Of a stretch of 64,000 bases of DNA, positions 1 through 24,088 are shown piece by piece. The DNA comes from Amoebidium appalachense (lineage: Eukaryota > Protista > Ichthyosporea). The notes below the pieces were generated by a model. It did not search any database. It was given only the letters and a program-made list of their open reading frames with translations, and was not told the origin of the DNA. The translations under genes and the position numbers were made by a program. Positions within the stretch are counted from its first letter, which is position 1, and every line of letters starts with the position of its first letter. Where the stretch lies: contig CAVNZM010000017.1 in NCBI GenBank assembly GCA_963693365.1, positions 5,446,708 through 5,510,707 on the forward strand, given 5' to 3'.

Positions 1-243
1 AGAGAGAGAGAGAGAGAGAGAGAAGAGAGAGAGAGGAGAGAGAGAGAGGGGGGTGGAGGGGGGAATACGGGGAGGGGGGGGGGGTGGAGGGGGGAGGGGG
101 GAGGGGGGGAAAGGAGTAAGAAAAAGGAGAAAGACACAAAGGAAGAAACAGAACACGAACACTAACAAACTTAAATACTGAGCACACACTTCAAAGCTCT
201 TGCTGTCAGACGTACCTTCTAATATTGGTGGTATGTATTCCAA

Positions 244-339
<96 letters not shown>

Positions 340-942
340 CACATGCACACACACGCTGCTCTTAATGTTCATGTTAAGCACAAACGGTCGAACACATTGT
401 TCCCGTTCCTCTCTGGCTCACAACCAAACTTAATAAAAGACAATTTACATATATGCACAATTGCAACTTAGTCGATGGACCCCCCCCCCTCCCCTTGCCC
501 CCAGGGAAGGGGGGGGGGGGGGTTCAACTGTGCAACAACCAGTCACTTATGTATATCTGAGCATAATCTTTTTATTTGCCGGTGGTGTGTCTTGCTGGTA
601 CACTTGTTGTGTTGGTCGGTGCTGCCATGGGGCCCCGGGTTTCCTTAGCCAAGAAAAAGGGGACAACAAGACCACTATGGTTTATGTGCTGCGTTCAACC
701 TTCGGATTTGTGCATACAGATACACGCGCTATATACATGCTGTGAAATATGTTCTTAGATATATCCATTTTGTTATACAAAAGGGCACCCAGTCACACAG
801 GTGTGCTTCCACGTGACCTTCTAACTTACTCAGAGGCGTGTTCCGTGCAGATAAAGTTTTATCAGGGCAGTGGCCCATCCTCGCAAAGAAACCCCATAAG
901 TTCTTCTCCCCAGGGGTTTGCCACCCCCCCCCCCCTCCAAAT

Positions 943-1301
943 TCACAGTTGCAAGGTGTAGTTTCCCACCTCCTGCACGGCCACCTGGTGCGTGAAGTTC
1001 CCGACCTGTGCATTTAATTTGTTTTGTTTGTTTTGTTATTTCAAGTTTCAATGATTCCGGTTTTGCCGGGGGAGAAAAGGGCTGTGGTGGTGGTGGTGGT
1101 GGGGGGGGGGGGGGGGGGGGGGGGGGAGGGAGGGAGGGGGGAGGGGGGGGGTGAGGGGGGGAGTGAGGGGGAGGGGGGAGATTGGGGTTAGCATTGGGGC
1201 TGAGCAAGGTGTACAGGCAACACGATTTTGACTTCTTTTTTGGGGGGGGGAAGAGGGGGTGGGTAGATGTGCCAACGGTGTGTATGTGTGTGTGCGTATG
1301 T

Positions 1302-1357
<56 letters not shown>

Positions 1358-1399
1358 AGGCATAAACACACCTGCTTTCCCCTTGTAGACAAATACCAG
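943..1399 (-). other. Possible last two exons of an unidentified gene or pseudogene
   Basis: There is a CAG|GTGTGT donor at 1372/1371 followed by poly-C/(CA)n, the same pattern as the verified introns here. A GCACAG| acceptor at 1006/1005 opens VGNFTHQVAVQEVGNYTLQL*. The reading frame of the upstream piece is ambiguous and no homology was recognised. Confidence 0.2.
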
Positions 1400-1814
1400 C
1401 TACATGATATGGGATATACCAACACATCGCACCACAACAAGCCCCACAGCCCCATGGCTACCACAGTACGTTAGACCCCCGCCCCCCTCACCAAACAGGG
1501 GAGATTTCGTAACTGAACCCAACTAGTTTTTGAGCTCTTTAAAATTTAGCACAAGCCCCCCTGCTAGATTGTTGTTAAGTTATTTAGTCCCATCGTCCTG
1601 CCATGTCTGTTTGACGGGCTCAATCTAGAAAGCAGGAATTGTTATTATCATAGTATTCTCGTGGGGCCGGTACCCACCAAAAGGCACTGAGTGCTGAATG
1701 TGACCTCTAAAAAGGTTCAATTCACTGAGGGGTGGGGTGTATGTATGTGTGCGCGTGCGTGCTCGCACGAGCGGGGTTGTGTGTGCAGGTGTGTGTGTGT
1801 GTGTGTGTGTGTGT

Positions 1815-1906
<92 letters not shown>

Positions 1907-1928
1907 CAGTGTGTGCATGTGCAGGTGC

Positions 1929-2033
<105 letters not shown>

Positions 2034-2455
2034 GCGTGTGTATGTGTGCATGTTTGTGTATGTGGCGGCACAGGGTCGACTTCGAGCCGCTTGCTATACG
2101 CGATCGTAGTGCAGCTGTTAGGCTTGTGTATGAGGTAGGTGCATTCAGGTGTCCGTGGCACGGCAAGGATTTTTGTGCGGCTAATGCATGCACGGTCACG
2201 GAAGCCCTGTGTGCGATTTCGTTTCTACACCCACCTGTGTGCCTGGTCCGGACCAGGGGGGAAAGATTCGCAGGTGGGTAGTCATGATCACCGATGCCAT
2301 TTTCAGGCCATGCGATTGTATGCAGCGTTATTACACAGTGTTGTATTATCCCATCTAACATTAGCTGCTGGATGTACGTGCAATAGCTGCCGTTTTCAGA
2401 GTCTTTTATATCATACTTGATGTGATTTCGAATACAGCAGCATCTGCACGCATGG

Positions 2456-2580
2456 GCGTTTATATGCTTGTGTGTGTGTGTGTTTATATGCGCGCGTGTG
2501 TGTGTTTATATGCTTGCCAGTGCGTGTGTGTCTATATGCTTGTGTGTGTGTGTATTTATATGCTTGTGTGTGTGTGCGCG
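2456..2580. repeat. Short minisatellite (GTGTGTTTATATGCTT-like unit mixed with GT repeats)
   Basis: TATATGC(TT/GC)GTGTG recurs about 5 times. It resembles the reverse complement of the CATACAAG/CATATAAG array at 34530-34940. Confidence 0.7.
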
Positions 2581-2775
2581 TGCGCGTGTGCGTGTGTTGT
2601 TTAGCTGTTCACACCCTGGGAAGGGGGGAGGGGAGGGGGGGGAGTGTGGGTGGGGGGACTCGGGGGGGTTTGGGGAGGGACCCGGATGGACAACACCGGA
2701 GAGCCATGAGAACGAGGAAGAGAGCAAGTGTCTTGGTCACGATGGTGGGATGAAGGGGAAGGGAGAGGGGACTGA

Positions 2776-2808
<33 letters not shown>

Positions 2809-3556
2809 CGCTTTGCAAAGAAGGATGGGCATCGAGAAGAGATTGTGTGGCCTCTGCATCACTTGTTCTGACGTAGTTGATTGCGATGTACTACCAATGA
2901 GATACACGCCTCAAAATTAAATATAAAATCAAACCAGATTTTTTCACCCCGCTGAGTAGCCGTGCAACCTCTCTAAGGCAGAAAAGGTAATATCCCCCCC
3001 TCCCCCCTCCCCCCTCCCATACCCCCTTCCCCGGGGAGGGGAACCACACTGTTTTGTTTTTTAAGGGGTCACCCGAAAGTTGCATATTTTTGCATATATT
3101 CTCCCCCCCCCCCCCCCCCCCCTCCCCCTCCCCCCCCCCTCTTTTTTCCCCAAAAAAAAGCTTTAAGAAAAAAAGGAAAAAAGGAAAGAAAGAAAAAAAG
3201 AAAGAAAGAAAGAAAGAAGAAAGAAAGAACCCCGCACACCCGCACACCCGCACGCAAACAAAAAAATGTGCACGCACACACACCACAAATGCACGCACCC
3301 CCCTACCCCCACCCCCCACCCCACCCCCCCCACACACACACACCGACCCTCCTTCTTCCCCCTCCACCTGACATGTGGTCTGGCAGTGTGCCTGCGTGTG
3401 TGTGCATCGAATGTGTACCACTGCAGGTGTCGTATCCCCCCTCCCCCCTCCCCCCCCCCCCCCCCCCCCCCCCCAACACACACACACACATCCCCTCGGC
3501 CGGCCGGATGGGGGGGGGGGGGGGGGGGGGGGGGGGGGAGGTTGTGTTGTTTATCA

Positions 3557-3601
3557 GATGGAAGTTCTACCGATGGAAGTTCTACCGATGGAAGCTCTAC
3601 C
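3557..3601. repeat. 15-bp tandem repeat x3 (GATGGAAGTTCTACC)
   Basis: Read directly; the third unit has one mismatch. Confidence 0.95.
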
Positions 3602-3820
3602 CGGCCGAAGTTCGGGTTTCGGAAAAATGTTTGTCAACCCACGCGTACGTCGTTATAATGACTGAGGAGTCACACTCGATCACGCCACTCACATGTACCC
3701 GGGCCGAACACTAGAGTGGGCCAGGCCAATAATGTGCACGTGCATGCGCTACTTTTAGATTTTGGGGGAAGTGTTCAGGAAGGGAGGAAGGGAGGGAGAG
3801 GAGGGGGGCGGGGGGTGGGG

Positions 3821-3856
<36 letters not shown>

Positions 3857-4900
3857 AGGGCCCGGCCCGCGGCCGGGAGAATAAAGTTATCTCGAAATCA
3901 GAGAGGTTTCATCTTCGGATCGCGCACATAATGATAGGCGCATTGTGTCTAGATCTGACGTTTGAATATTTTGTTGCTCATACTACTACGTAGGTAGACT
4001 ACGAAGCTGAATACCAAAGAGGACCCGTTCAAACGCACCTTGGCCATACATAAAGGGCAGCTTTCCGTGCTGACTTCATGATGAAACGTCCATCATATGG
4101 CATCGTGCCATGATATTCGGACACAGTCGAACGACATTGTGACTACACCCACACAGGCTCAAGTGCACAAATCTAGCTAAGACATGATGAACTGATGATA
4201 TGTACTCTTCTGACCCGGAATGTAAAGATGCTGGGCAAACGTATCGAGACCAAACGTTGTCGCATTCTGTTCGTTCCTCTCGGCTCTTCAACTTTTAGTA
4301 GGCTACGTACCGTCTCAGTGTGAGTAACGTCATGCATGACGGTGAGCCCAGGAGCAGTGACGAGCTCCTAATGAAAAGTCCGCTCGGCGTCATGAAATAC
4401 TAATCGAAAAAGAAGGAATTTTAGCAATAGTATAGAACTTGAATAAAATGGTGGCTTATTTGTGGTGAAATTGGGTGCTATGGGGGAACTATAGACTCTA
4501 TAATACACGACTTTTGAAAAATCACATGCATACGTAAGAGGCTGATTATGAGCGTCACTCGTGAAGTTACCTACCGAATCGAGCAAAAAGCATGCATTAT
4601 GAGCAAGGTGCCAAACGGCTCATCCATTGGGCGCCGTTTCTAAAGGCAGACGGGAATTAAAAAAATTTGGCGGTATGCACCTGAATTCTCGCAGAGTTGG
4701 AAATCTATTTACTGAACGGTCCACGACCGATCTATTTCTTTGTCAAATCTGAAGACATATCATTTAAGGTACTAGATAACTATACCATCTAATCTAAATT
4801 CAACTTCAACAGTATTATTCGGGTCTTCTTGATGTATATACCGCAGATTCAGGGTTCAATAGTGACTAATAAAATAACGTTAACATGTCTTGATATGATT

Positions 4901-4937
4901 CGGATTGCAATTGACTCGCTGAGTCAATTGCAATCCG
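4901..4937. repeat. Perfect 17-bp inverted repeat with 3-nt loop
   Basis: CGGATTGCAATTGACTC-GCT-GAGTCAATTGCAATCCG. Confidence 0.95.
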
Positions 4938-5769
4938 GTCACAGACTGTCAATGTCATGATCATGAACCCGTCACCCCGATAACTAATAAATATCCTTTT
5001 CCCTTCTTTTTTGGACCCACGCACATAGGCATCCAGCTATAACAACAAATCGTAGCGCGGGTACATGTACAGCAGACCATGGCCATGCCACCCTCGAGTA
5101 TATATATTGCTCGAGTACGCTGTCGATACAACATAGAATGTATTCAGTGCCCTGACAATAATTTATAATAATATACTACAACAGAAATAGAGTCACCAGA
5201 GCATGTATGTTGGGATGATAATTAGACATTTTCTGTCCCCGGCAAATGATGCGTTCTCGAATCGAAAATACATACGCGATAGAAAGTTTTTCCGTCGAAT
5301 AAATCCAGTCAAAAGAAAAAGAAAAAAAAAAGGTTTGGCAATCATGAGCCTATACCGTGTCACTGGCGGAGTTTGCAAACCCTGGAGGAGAGTTCGTGAG
5401 CCAACCGAAATCGCTACCTGCACTTTTTCCGGCAGGGGGTTTGCCTTACGAATCTTATTGGCCCAAAATACGATTAAGCACAGGGGCCAATACGGTTAGC
5501 ACTGTAGGGTGCCCGTATTCAACGTTCGTATCAACTATATAGGCTCCAAGCGTGTAATTTTATGTCTTTATATATGAAAAATGAATGATTTCTATAAAAA
5601 AAAGTGATCTGTTGGTATTTCTTGAGTTTGAAACGAAGAATATGAAGCCCTGTTTTCTCTTTGAGGGTTCCATATTATTAGTGAAGTGAAAGTTTGTACG
5701 ATTTTAGTATCTCAAATTACAAAACAGTTGGGGTTTACAAGCCTATATTGAAAAGCACCCCACTAATAC

Positions 5770-6600
5770 GATTAAGAGTGTACCGGGTCTCCTTTTTGCG
5801 ACGATATTGTTCTTTGTTCCTTAACCGAAGACGTCATGCACCAGATGGTTCGTCAGGTGGATCAATGGTGCACCGAGAATCTCACACATGACAGATTGAA
5901 TTGCAAAGTGTGCTAATTTTTCGGAAAACGCTTCCTTTCGATTGCATGGCCGGTCTTCCTATTCCTGTTCAGGGCACCTATGACTATGTATTTGGGTATT
6001 CCTTTTACTGCACGGGGTATTGATTTCCGCAAGCTCCTCACGGCACGGATCGCTCGTGCAAAGGGTAAGCTTCACATCGCGTGTCAAATATGTTTCAATG
6101 GGAGTCTGTGATCCATCCTGCGAACCATCTTCTCTACTATAAAACTTTTTTACGGCCGACTTTCGAATATGGACTTCCGCTATTGGCCTGCGCCCCACCT
6201 CGCGGGGCGGCCGTGGCGCTGAAAGCCGGAGTTAGACGATTTTCAGGGTACTGCGCTGCGCACTTTGTTTCGTACTCGGTATTAGAATCTCATTTTATGG
6301 ATTCCGTACCGCTCTTCGGCAGTACCAAGATCTCAGTGCGAGTACATTAACATGCCCACCATACTACATATATGTATCAGTTCAGTATTTTGTCTGATTT
6401 TTGTATTTTTGATCGATTGCGGCCGAATCCAAATAGGAAGGCATGTCCGTCCATACTTTTCGATTCGGAGTTATAGAATAAATCCAGCATTAATATTAGC
6501 AAGAACTTCTTACTGTATTCCAGCGAGTTAATCGAAGTATTCAGTCACTCGTCACCACCTTTCACCAGTTTTTATTGCGTGACATTGCGCATGCCTCAGT
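5770..6600 (+). mobile_element. Decayed non-LTR retrotransposon (LINE) reverse-transcriptase fragment
   Basis: RT motifs occur in the right order but are split by frameshifts: VPGLLF(A)DDIVLC at about 5779-5817 (1-nt deletion), KC..., YLGIPFTARGIDF at 5989-6027, and LLYYKTFLRPTFEYGLPL (thumb-region motif) at about 6129-6185. The 3' boundary is approximate. Confidence 0.75.
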
Positions 6601-6677
6601 TTATAGATAGGGCCTAGATGTAACAGCATTCTTTGCATACCAAAACAAAGACTTTACAAACCACCTGAGTGTAAAAG

Positions 6678-6746
6678 CCAATTTGGATTGGCTCAAAACG
6701 TATCGTTGCAGCGATTGGCTGATGATTCTCCTTTACTGTAGCCAAT
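6678..6746. promoter_or_regulatory. CCAAT-box cluster upstream of the zinc-finger gene
   Basis: CCAAT at 6678, ATTGG at 6687, ATTGG at 6714 and CCAAT at 6742; the last three are spaced 27-28 bp apart. A TATA-like TATATATA lies near 6879. Function is inferred. Confidence 0.45.
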
Positions 6747-7483
6747 CATAGGTCACTACGAGTCACATTGTTAGTTTCGCAAGCTTTTTTTCCCGCATGC
6801 TATTGCTCTGCACTGGTGCACTTTTTTCGCATGATCAATAGTAGAATGCACCCACAGCAGGCTAAAAAATATTGCGCATATATATACATCGCCAGGAAAG
6901 CGAAGTCATTTCCTTCATCTATTTGAAATCACGCCGTAGATTCTCTCTTCAAGCTCTTTTGAGAAAACTCTTGGGTGGAGACTCGGAGAATACTCTGGTG
7001 AAGGCGCACCAACTGAAAAGGGGGGTTTACGCTGTTTACTCGAGGCAAAGAGAACCAGTCTCAGGTATGGGGGGGGGGGGGGTTTTGCTCGGAATATCCC
7101 CTCAGCGGTATATCATGATCACGTACATAGATGTCGGGTGGTGACTATATATCAGGGTTTACTTTCTCTACGAGACACCATAAAGACTACAAGGAGAAAT
7201 CAATTAGTTGGGGTTCCCCGTTTTTTTTTTTTTTTTTTTTTTTTTTAACTGAAAAGGTCAAGGACGGTTCCGCCTGCTTTGCCGCGCGGCGGCTGCAGCG
7301 TGGGTGCGCGTGAGCTGCAGGTGATTGCCGGAGCTCGAGGCGTCGGCTGGGTGATAAAACCAGCCTGCTTCCTCACGAAGAAGCTTATTTGTTGTTGTTA
7401 CCGAAAGATGTTCAAGTTTGAATTGGATATCGATTCCTTTTGCTTCAGCCCCGCATTTAAGCGCTCCAAACAACTCGGACGAA

Positions 7484-8812
7484 ATGCATGTTTCACTCCA
7501 GCAAGTGCTTCTCCCCGGTGCCGGACACTCGCCCAGGGAACAGAATTTAAACCAACACACACAGTTGAAAAACATGAGTGTCGCACAGCTCATAAACACG
7601 AAAGATGATTTTCAGAACGAGACCAGCAGCAGGCTTACGCATTCACCTGAAGGCACAGAGACTCTCCAGGTTTCCTCCTGCGCCTCGACCCCCGAAACCA
7701 TTTACGCTAGTGGGTTCCCCTTCAGGGATTACGATGGGGAAAGCACTCCGCAGATGCGCATGTTAGCACATGCGGACTTCATGAATGTTATAACCAACAA
7801 ACACAGTCACATCAACGGCATGATGTTGTGTGCGCGCGGGGCAGACACGTCTGACGGAAATATTTCGGAAGAATGCTACAACGAGTTGGATAGTTTCACC
7901 CCCGAGGCTCTCGACGTGATTGCAAATTTCCTTAACCTCTCTTGTACCGCCCCCATTCTCCCTCGACACAACAACAACAACGGTGTGTGTAGCGACGACG
8001 AGTTTCTACAGTTTGTGTCACAAATCCACCCTGTCGACGGAGTTGTAACACCAAAAACCGCACAGCAGTCACTCTACGCGAGCTCGTTCGAGGATTTGTC
8101 GGACGGCGCGCAACATTTCAAAATTGAAATGGAGTCTCAGTCTCCCGTCGTTTACACACGACACAACCCCATCACCAAGAACTCGAACCCCGGTGGGTAT
8201 ATGCACAGCCACATCGAGGACCCGCAGATGAGCCTTCACAAGAGTTCCCAAGGGCACCCCAGCCCAAGCAAATATTCACTTCCTCTACGCGCCGCGTCCA
8301 TCGATTCATCATGCTCCGACACACCCACCATCGGTACCACCACTTCACTGGGCAGCATTCAAGACGACCTTTTTTTGAATTGGCTGCTCAGCCAGGGTTC
8401 GAAGAGCTCCAACGGACACCATCACGACGCGGCAACATCAACAACACCAAACACTTTCACCCAGAAAACTTCGCATGTGTCAAATTCCCCCGGGGCCGGG
8501 GCGAACCAGGCCCCACGGCGGAACACAGTCGGGGAAGGAAATGTGTGTAGCCGTGGATTAAAGATGAAACGAAGCAGCAGTTGTGATTCTGGTCGGGGCA
8601 ATATTAATGCCATGTCCGTTGGCCGGAAAATGAGTAACGAGGGGACGTCGCCGCGCATGTTTGATTGCATCGAGAGCGTGAATGGGTGTGATAAGGCGTA
8701 TCATACATGGAAGAGCCTGAAGGTGCACATGCGCTACAAGCACCATCGGTACATCACACGACACGAGTATTCGTTCCTGCGGCCAGGCCTGGGCCAGCAG
8801 TCCGCGGCATAA
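7484..8812 (+). CDS. Intronless protein with a long low-complexity Ser/Thr/Asn-rich region and one C-terminal C2H2 zinc finger (putative transcription factor)
   Basis: 1.3-kb microsatellite-free ORF containing FDCIESVNGCDKAYHTWKSLKVHMRYKH (C...C-x12-H-x4-H with an expanded Cys spacer). The first in-frame ATG is 7484; the true start may be 7408 via a 1-nt shift. Confidence 0.75.
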   Translation: MHVSLQQVLLPGAGHSPREQNLNQHTQLKNMSVAQLINTKDDFQNETSSRLTHSPEGTETLQVSSCASTPETIYASGFPFRDYDGESTPQMRMLAHADFMNVITNKHSHINGMMLCARGADTSDGNISEECYNELDSFTPEALDVIANFLNLSCTAPILPRHNNNNGVCSDDEFLQFVSQIHPVDGVVTPKTAQQSLYASSFEDLSDGAQHFKIEMESQSPVVYTRHNPITKNSNPGGYMHSHIEDPQMSLHKSSQGHPSPSKYSLPLRAASIDSSCSDTPTIGTTTSLGSIQDDLFLNWLLSQGSKSSNGHHHDAATSTTPNTFTQKTSHVSNSPGAGANQAPRRNTVGEGNVCSRGLKMKRSSSCDSGRGNINAMSVGRKMSNEGTSPRMFDCIESVNGCDKAYHTWKSLKVHMRYKHHRYITRHEYSFLRPGLGQQSAA

Positions 8813-9717
8813 GTATTAATTATTAAATATTTTTAGAAGATAATGCAGGTTTTAGTATTGTCCAGTTATGCCATATATATTTTGATGTGTCGAACATGGA
8901 AGTACTGAGTATGGTGTGGTATTCACAATAATAGTTCAGATGATATATAGTTAGTAGGCCTGCATCATAGGTCATTGTATATCATAACTTATACCGCGAC
9001 TGCTGCGGCAACTTAAACCCTTTACGTATGACTTGTATATTAATTAATGCAGAGCAAATCATTATATCTATATTTTTTTTTTCTTCCGGGTTGGTCATAC
9101 GTATTTAGAAATGGTTTGCTTAGTAACACTAGTAGTGACAGTTTCTATACTAAATTTAGTTAAGCGCGCAGCCTGAAAAAATCATACTTCTTAATTATTT
9201 TTTCGTATGAATTAAGGGCAGTAAGCCAATAACAGTGTACACTGTCAGGCAAAGTTGTGTTTTGCGGTCTGTACCTTAAACCTACAATAAAGTGGAGAGG
9301 TTTCTTCGGCCGAAACCGATTATGACTATGAGCTGAATATTAAGCACATGTACAGCACTATATGATTGCAAATTGACAAAAAAAAGCCTCTGGCAAAATA
9401 AAACAAAACTAATAATTGCCGCCACATTTGTGTTGCTCTTTCAAAGCCGCTCACTTTGAAGAAAAAACGTTTCTCGAAGCTGGAACCGGCGGAATTTTGG
9501 TGTTGTTGCTCATGGATCATGCCGTGGTCTGAGGTATTATTATGGGTAGTATCATCAAGTTGTGCAGATTAATTGCATCATACAAACTGCCAACTTAAAA
9601 GTTTGGGTTGAATTGATTTTCTTTTTCGTTTTTTCCAAGTTTTGTCCATGTATCTTTTCTTTTGATTGGGCCTTTCCCTTTCGTTCTTGCCCCTGCCCTA
9701 CCCCCCTCGAGGATCGA

Positions 9718-9760
<43 letters not shown>

Positions 9761-9796
9761 CCCCGCCCCGACACACACACGCACACACGCAGTGTC

Positions 9797-9893
<97 letters not shown>

Positions 9894-9903
9894 TACACAC
9901 ACA

Positions 9904-9982
<79 letters not shown>

Positions 9983-9990
9983 CACACACG

Positions 9991-10025
<35 letters not shown>

Positions 10026-10994
10026 GTGACCACACACACACACCATCCCAGCATATTTTCAGTGACGAGGGGTGGGAGAGGTGTAGCTTTATGATGTGTG
10101 GGCCGAACATCCACGGCATTGCAAATGGGTCCCTAGCCGTTTCAACGGCGTACAGCCAGGCTGTATGGGTGAACAGTCACCTCAAGGCCAATAATGTCGT
10201 TAAAATTATTCACGAGTCACGGAAGTACTTCAACCAATCATGATACATGTACAGCCAGCCCGTAGTACCCCGTGCATTGCATATGCTATCATTATGAACG
10301 GCTGTCGCCTTGATGATATTAATCAAAATTAGATAGGCTCATATTCGAGTAGCAGTCATCTTTGAAAGCGGCACATGATCGGCTCAACACTACTGTAACA
10401 CTCAGTCTGTGCACCGTGTGACCACGTGCACATCATATGCACGTCGTGCATCATTGGCAGCACACAAACATGCTATAGTATTACGGAACTGTTACTACAC
10501 GTACCATGCATCACCATACTAGCGCTTCAAATGTGCATCATCATACTAACACAGGTGTCACTGTGCACGTGCATGTACGTGAACCCTCAAAGATCGGCAT
10601 AGAATTGTAGCTCGCTCGTGTGCTAGCTATAGATGCCATCAGCCTATCTATATATAGCTCAGAGGACCGGGCGTAGGGTGGTATCAAGTCTGAGTTAAAA
10701 CGAGGCTTTATTCCGTGAAAATTCGGCACACCTACTCGTCTTTGAGGCTACCGTTCGTTCGCTTTGATAAGATTTCACGCACACACACAAGTGCACGGTG
10801 TGTAGACATGTGCGTTCAGACTGCCCACGCGCATGGTGTGCTTCTGAGACTATCATGATGCTTTCAAAGAAGTTCGTGTGTGACTTTGCCTGACTGTGTG
10901 CCGCATGCATATCGAAGTCACTGTGTGCACGTATGGAGTGACACTGTGGTGCCCGGTGCATGATGGTTTGGGAGATCGACGACGTGAGAGGCCT

Positions 10995-11029
<35 letters not shown>

Positions 11030-11033
11030 GTTG

Positions 11034-11107
<74 letters not shown>

Positions 11108-11223
11108 CACCGTGTGTGTGTCCTGGCACCCCTCCCCTTCCGGGCTGATCAGAGGGGGGTCTCCCCACCGCCTCCCTTCCCTTCAGCATGCCAATAGACC
11201 AATATGCAGGGGTGCACAGCCTC

Positions 11224-11274
<51 letters not shown>

Positions 11275-11921
11275 ACAAAAAAAAAAAAAAAGGGGGGGGG
11301 GGGGGGGTAGACAATGTAAAGTCGCTGATTATTGAAGCTGACCATGATTTTCCGAGTCGAATTGTGGAGATCGATGTGAAGTTGTATCAGGTAGTGCTAT
11401 GTCAAAGCCGCCTTCTTTATACCACGAACACTCAGTAAATATGCACGCCACTTTCCGTTAATACAAGCTCTGTGCTCATATATTCCACACACTTATTTTC
11501 AGCGGTGAACTTTAATAAGTTCACCTGAGAATGGCTTTCCAATACTCAGTTCGGTAGCAAATCAGCTATTGGCAGTGTAGGTAATTATGTACATTTGATT
11601 CAGGTTTCAAAGACGCAACTTGATAAGCTTAAGTATATTAAACCGGAACAAACACTTAACATGCTCTTCTAAAAACGACAAAAAAAACCATAGGGGGAAA
11701 AATGAGAATGGGTCAATACTATGCTTCATGTTACTGTGTAATGACAAACACCTGGGGTATCGTTAAACCTAACAAGACTATAAAAGTTTTTTTCCTGGAC
11801 CGCAGTGATATAACCTCATAACCAATAAAGCCAAGAATTTGATTTGATACATTCAAGCAACGGTAAACAGCATCGCTCAAAGCGCATGCATGTGCGTAGG
11901 GTGTCTGTGTATGTGCGTGGT

Positions 11922-11971
<50 letters not shown>

Positions 11972-11980
11972 CGTGCCCAC

Positions 11981-12059
<79 letters not shown>

Positions 12060-12084
12060 TGTTTGTGTCTGAATAATGTGTGTG

Positions 12085-12128
<44 letters not shown>

Positions 12129-12332
12129 CGTGCGCGCGTGTGTACACGCAATGAATGTCTGGTCATGTGTTTTTGTTGTTATTTGTGTAGGCGCTCTCAC
12201 TGCACTGAGACTTGTGCCAAAAATGTGTGCATTTGTGTGTGTATGTTCCAACATCGACTCTAGAAATCCACATTCGCGTATACTGGTGTGTGTGCCATTA
12301 CCCATATATGGTCACTGACCTGCCTAATATGG

Positions 12333-22481
<10,149 letters not shown>

Positions 22482-23353
22482 CTTGGCCGTGTTTTTTAGC
22501 TCAGTAGATGATGTGGCTGTGTGGAATAAGGGTGAAAAGAAATATGCAAAGAAAGATTGCTTGGAGCTAGGGTTACCGTATATTATGACTTGGTTTGCGT
22601 GGGTATGGTTGCAAGTATATGAATGCTATTTGTTCTCGGCTAAGATTCACAAGGTGACTACCGCGAAACACTTTCGAGAGTTGCCACCTTGAAAAAACTG
22701 CTACGAAAAATAGAGCTGCTTCATACCAGGCGAGATGACATCACACAGGGTGCGAAACTTTTGTACTCTTAATAACGGCATAGCTGAATTGGGGCACAAA
22801 ACGCACGTAGAGACCGAGTTTTTTTAGAAACACTTTTTATTCAATATAAATTGGTGAATTACATCTCAAAAGACACACAATGCTTTGATCTTGCGTGCAC
22901 ACTTTGATGCCTTTGCCGTCTTACATTTTATTTTCACAGCCTGGAAAATGGCGTCTTGACTCCGAGTCGCGGCAGACTTGACTCAGTTGACTGCCGGAGT
23001 CGTTTGGAGAAGTCATCTCACCGATACAATCGTGACTGGAGTCACAAGTTCCCAAAATAGACAGTCCTGGGCCTTAGCCGTAAATGGTTATTGATTGTTC
23101 AGATCTGCCAATTATTCGTTTGGTACATAGATCTTGGAATTTTCTTGCCAAATTTGGTTGATCTGTGACTTTAGTACCAAACGTCATCTCGTCGCGTGCC
23201 CTCAGCTAGCGTCGATGTATCGTACATAGGCTAGAGGGCACAGTCAGTACGTGCCAGTTGAAAAAAGTTTTCTTTCGTTTGAATCGATCGACTCCCAACG
23301 ATTACGTAATCCATCCCCACCCCCCCCTTGCAACGGCCATCTTGAACAGCAGC

Positions 23354-23409
<56 letters not shown>

Positions 23410-24053
23410 CCCCCCCCCCCCCCCCAGCAAAAAAAAAAAAGAAGAAGAGGAGGAGGAGGGAAGAAGAAGAAGAAGAAGAAGAAGAAGAAGAAGAAGAACT
23501 TGAGAAAACATTGTAGGCAGAATGGAGTCGCATATGCACCACCTTGCCGCCACAAACAACCATTTTGTATCGAAACCGAACTATCTGTGTTTGGGCAAGT
23601 TGCACAAGTTGATTCATCTGCAATATCAACAGCTACCCGAACGATTTACATGTCGAGAAAGTGCCACTTGTTAGTTAGATTTAGGTGTTGGTGTTATTAT
23701 AGTTTGTGTGTAATCTTCATGTGACTGTCTGGTACTTTCGTGGGTGTGTGTGTGTGAAGGGGGGGGGGGGGGGGGGGGGGGGGGAGGGAGGGGGGAGGGG
23801 GGGGGGGAGGGGGAGGGAGGGGGAGGGGGGAGGGAGGAAAAGGGGGAGAGGGGGGAGGGAGGGGAGGGAGGGGATAGGGGGGGAAGGGGGGGGGGGGGGG
23901 GGGGGGGGCACAGTTTGTTTGTGTGTACGGCGTGTGCGTTCGCGCACATGTATGTGCGCCTGTATGTGTGTGTGTGCACACAACCGCACGCGTGTGTATT
24001 TTTTTGTGTGTGTGGGCCGGGGTTGTGTACATGTGCATGCCGGGGGGCCGGGG

Positions 24054-24088
<35 letters not shown>

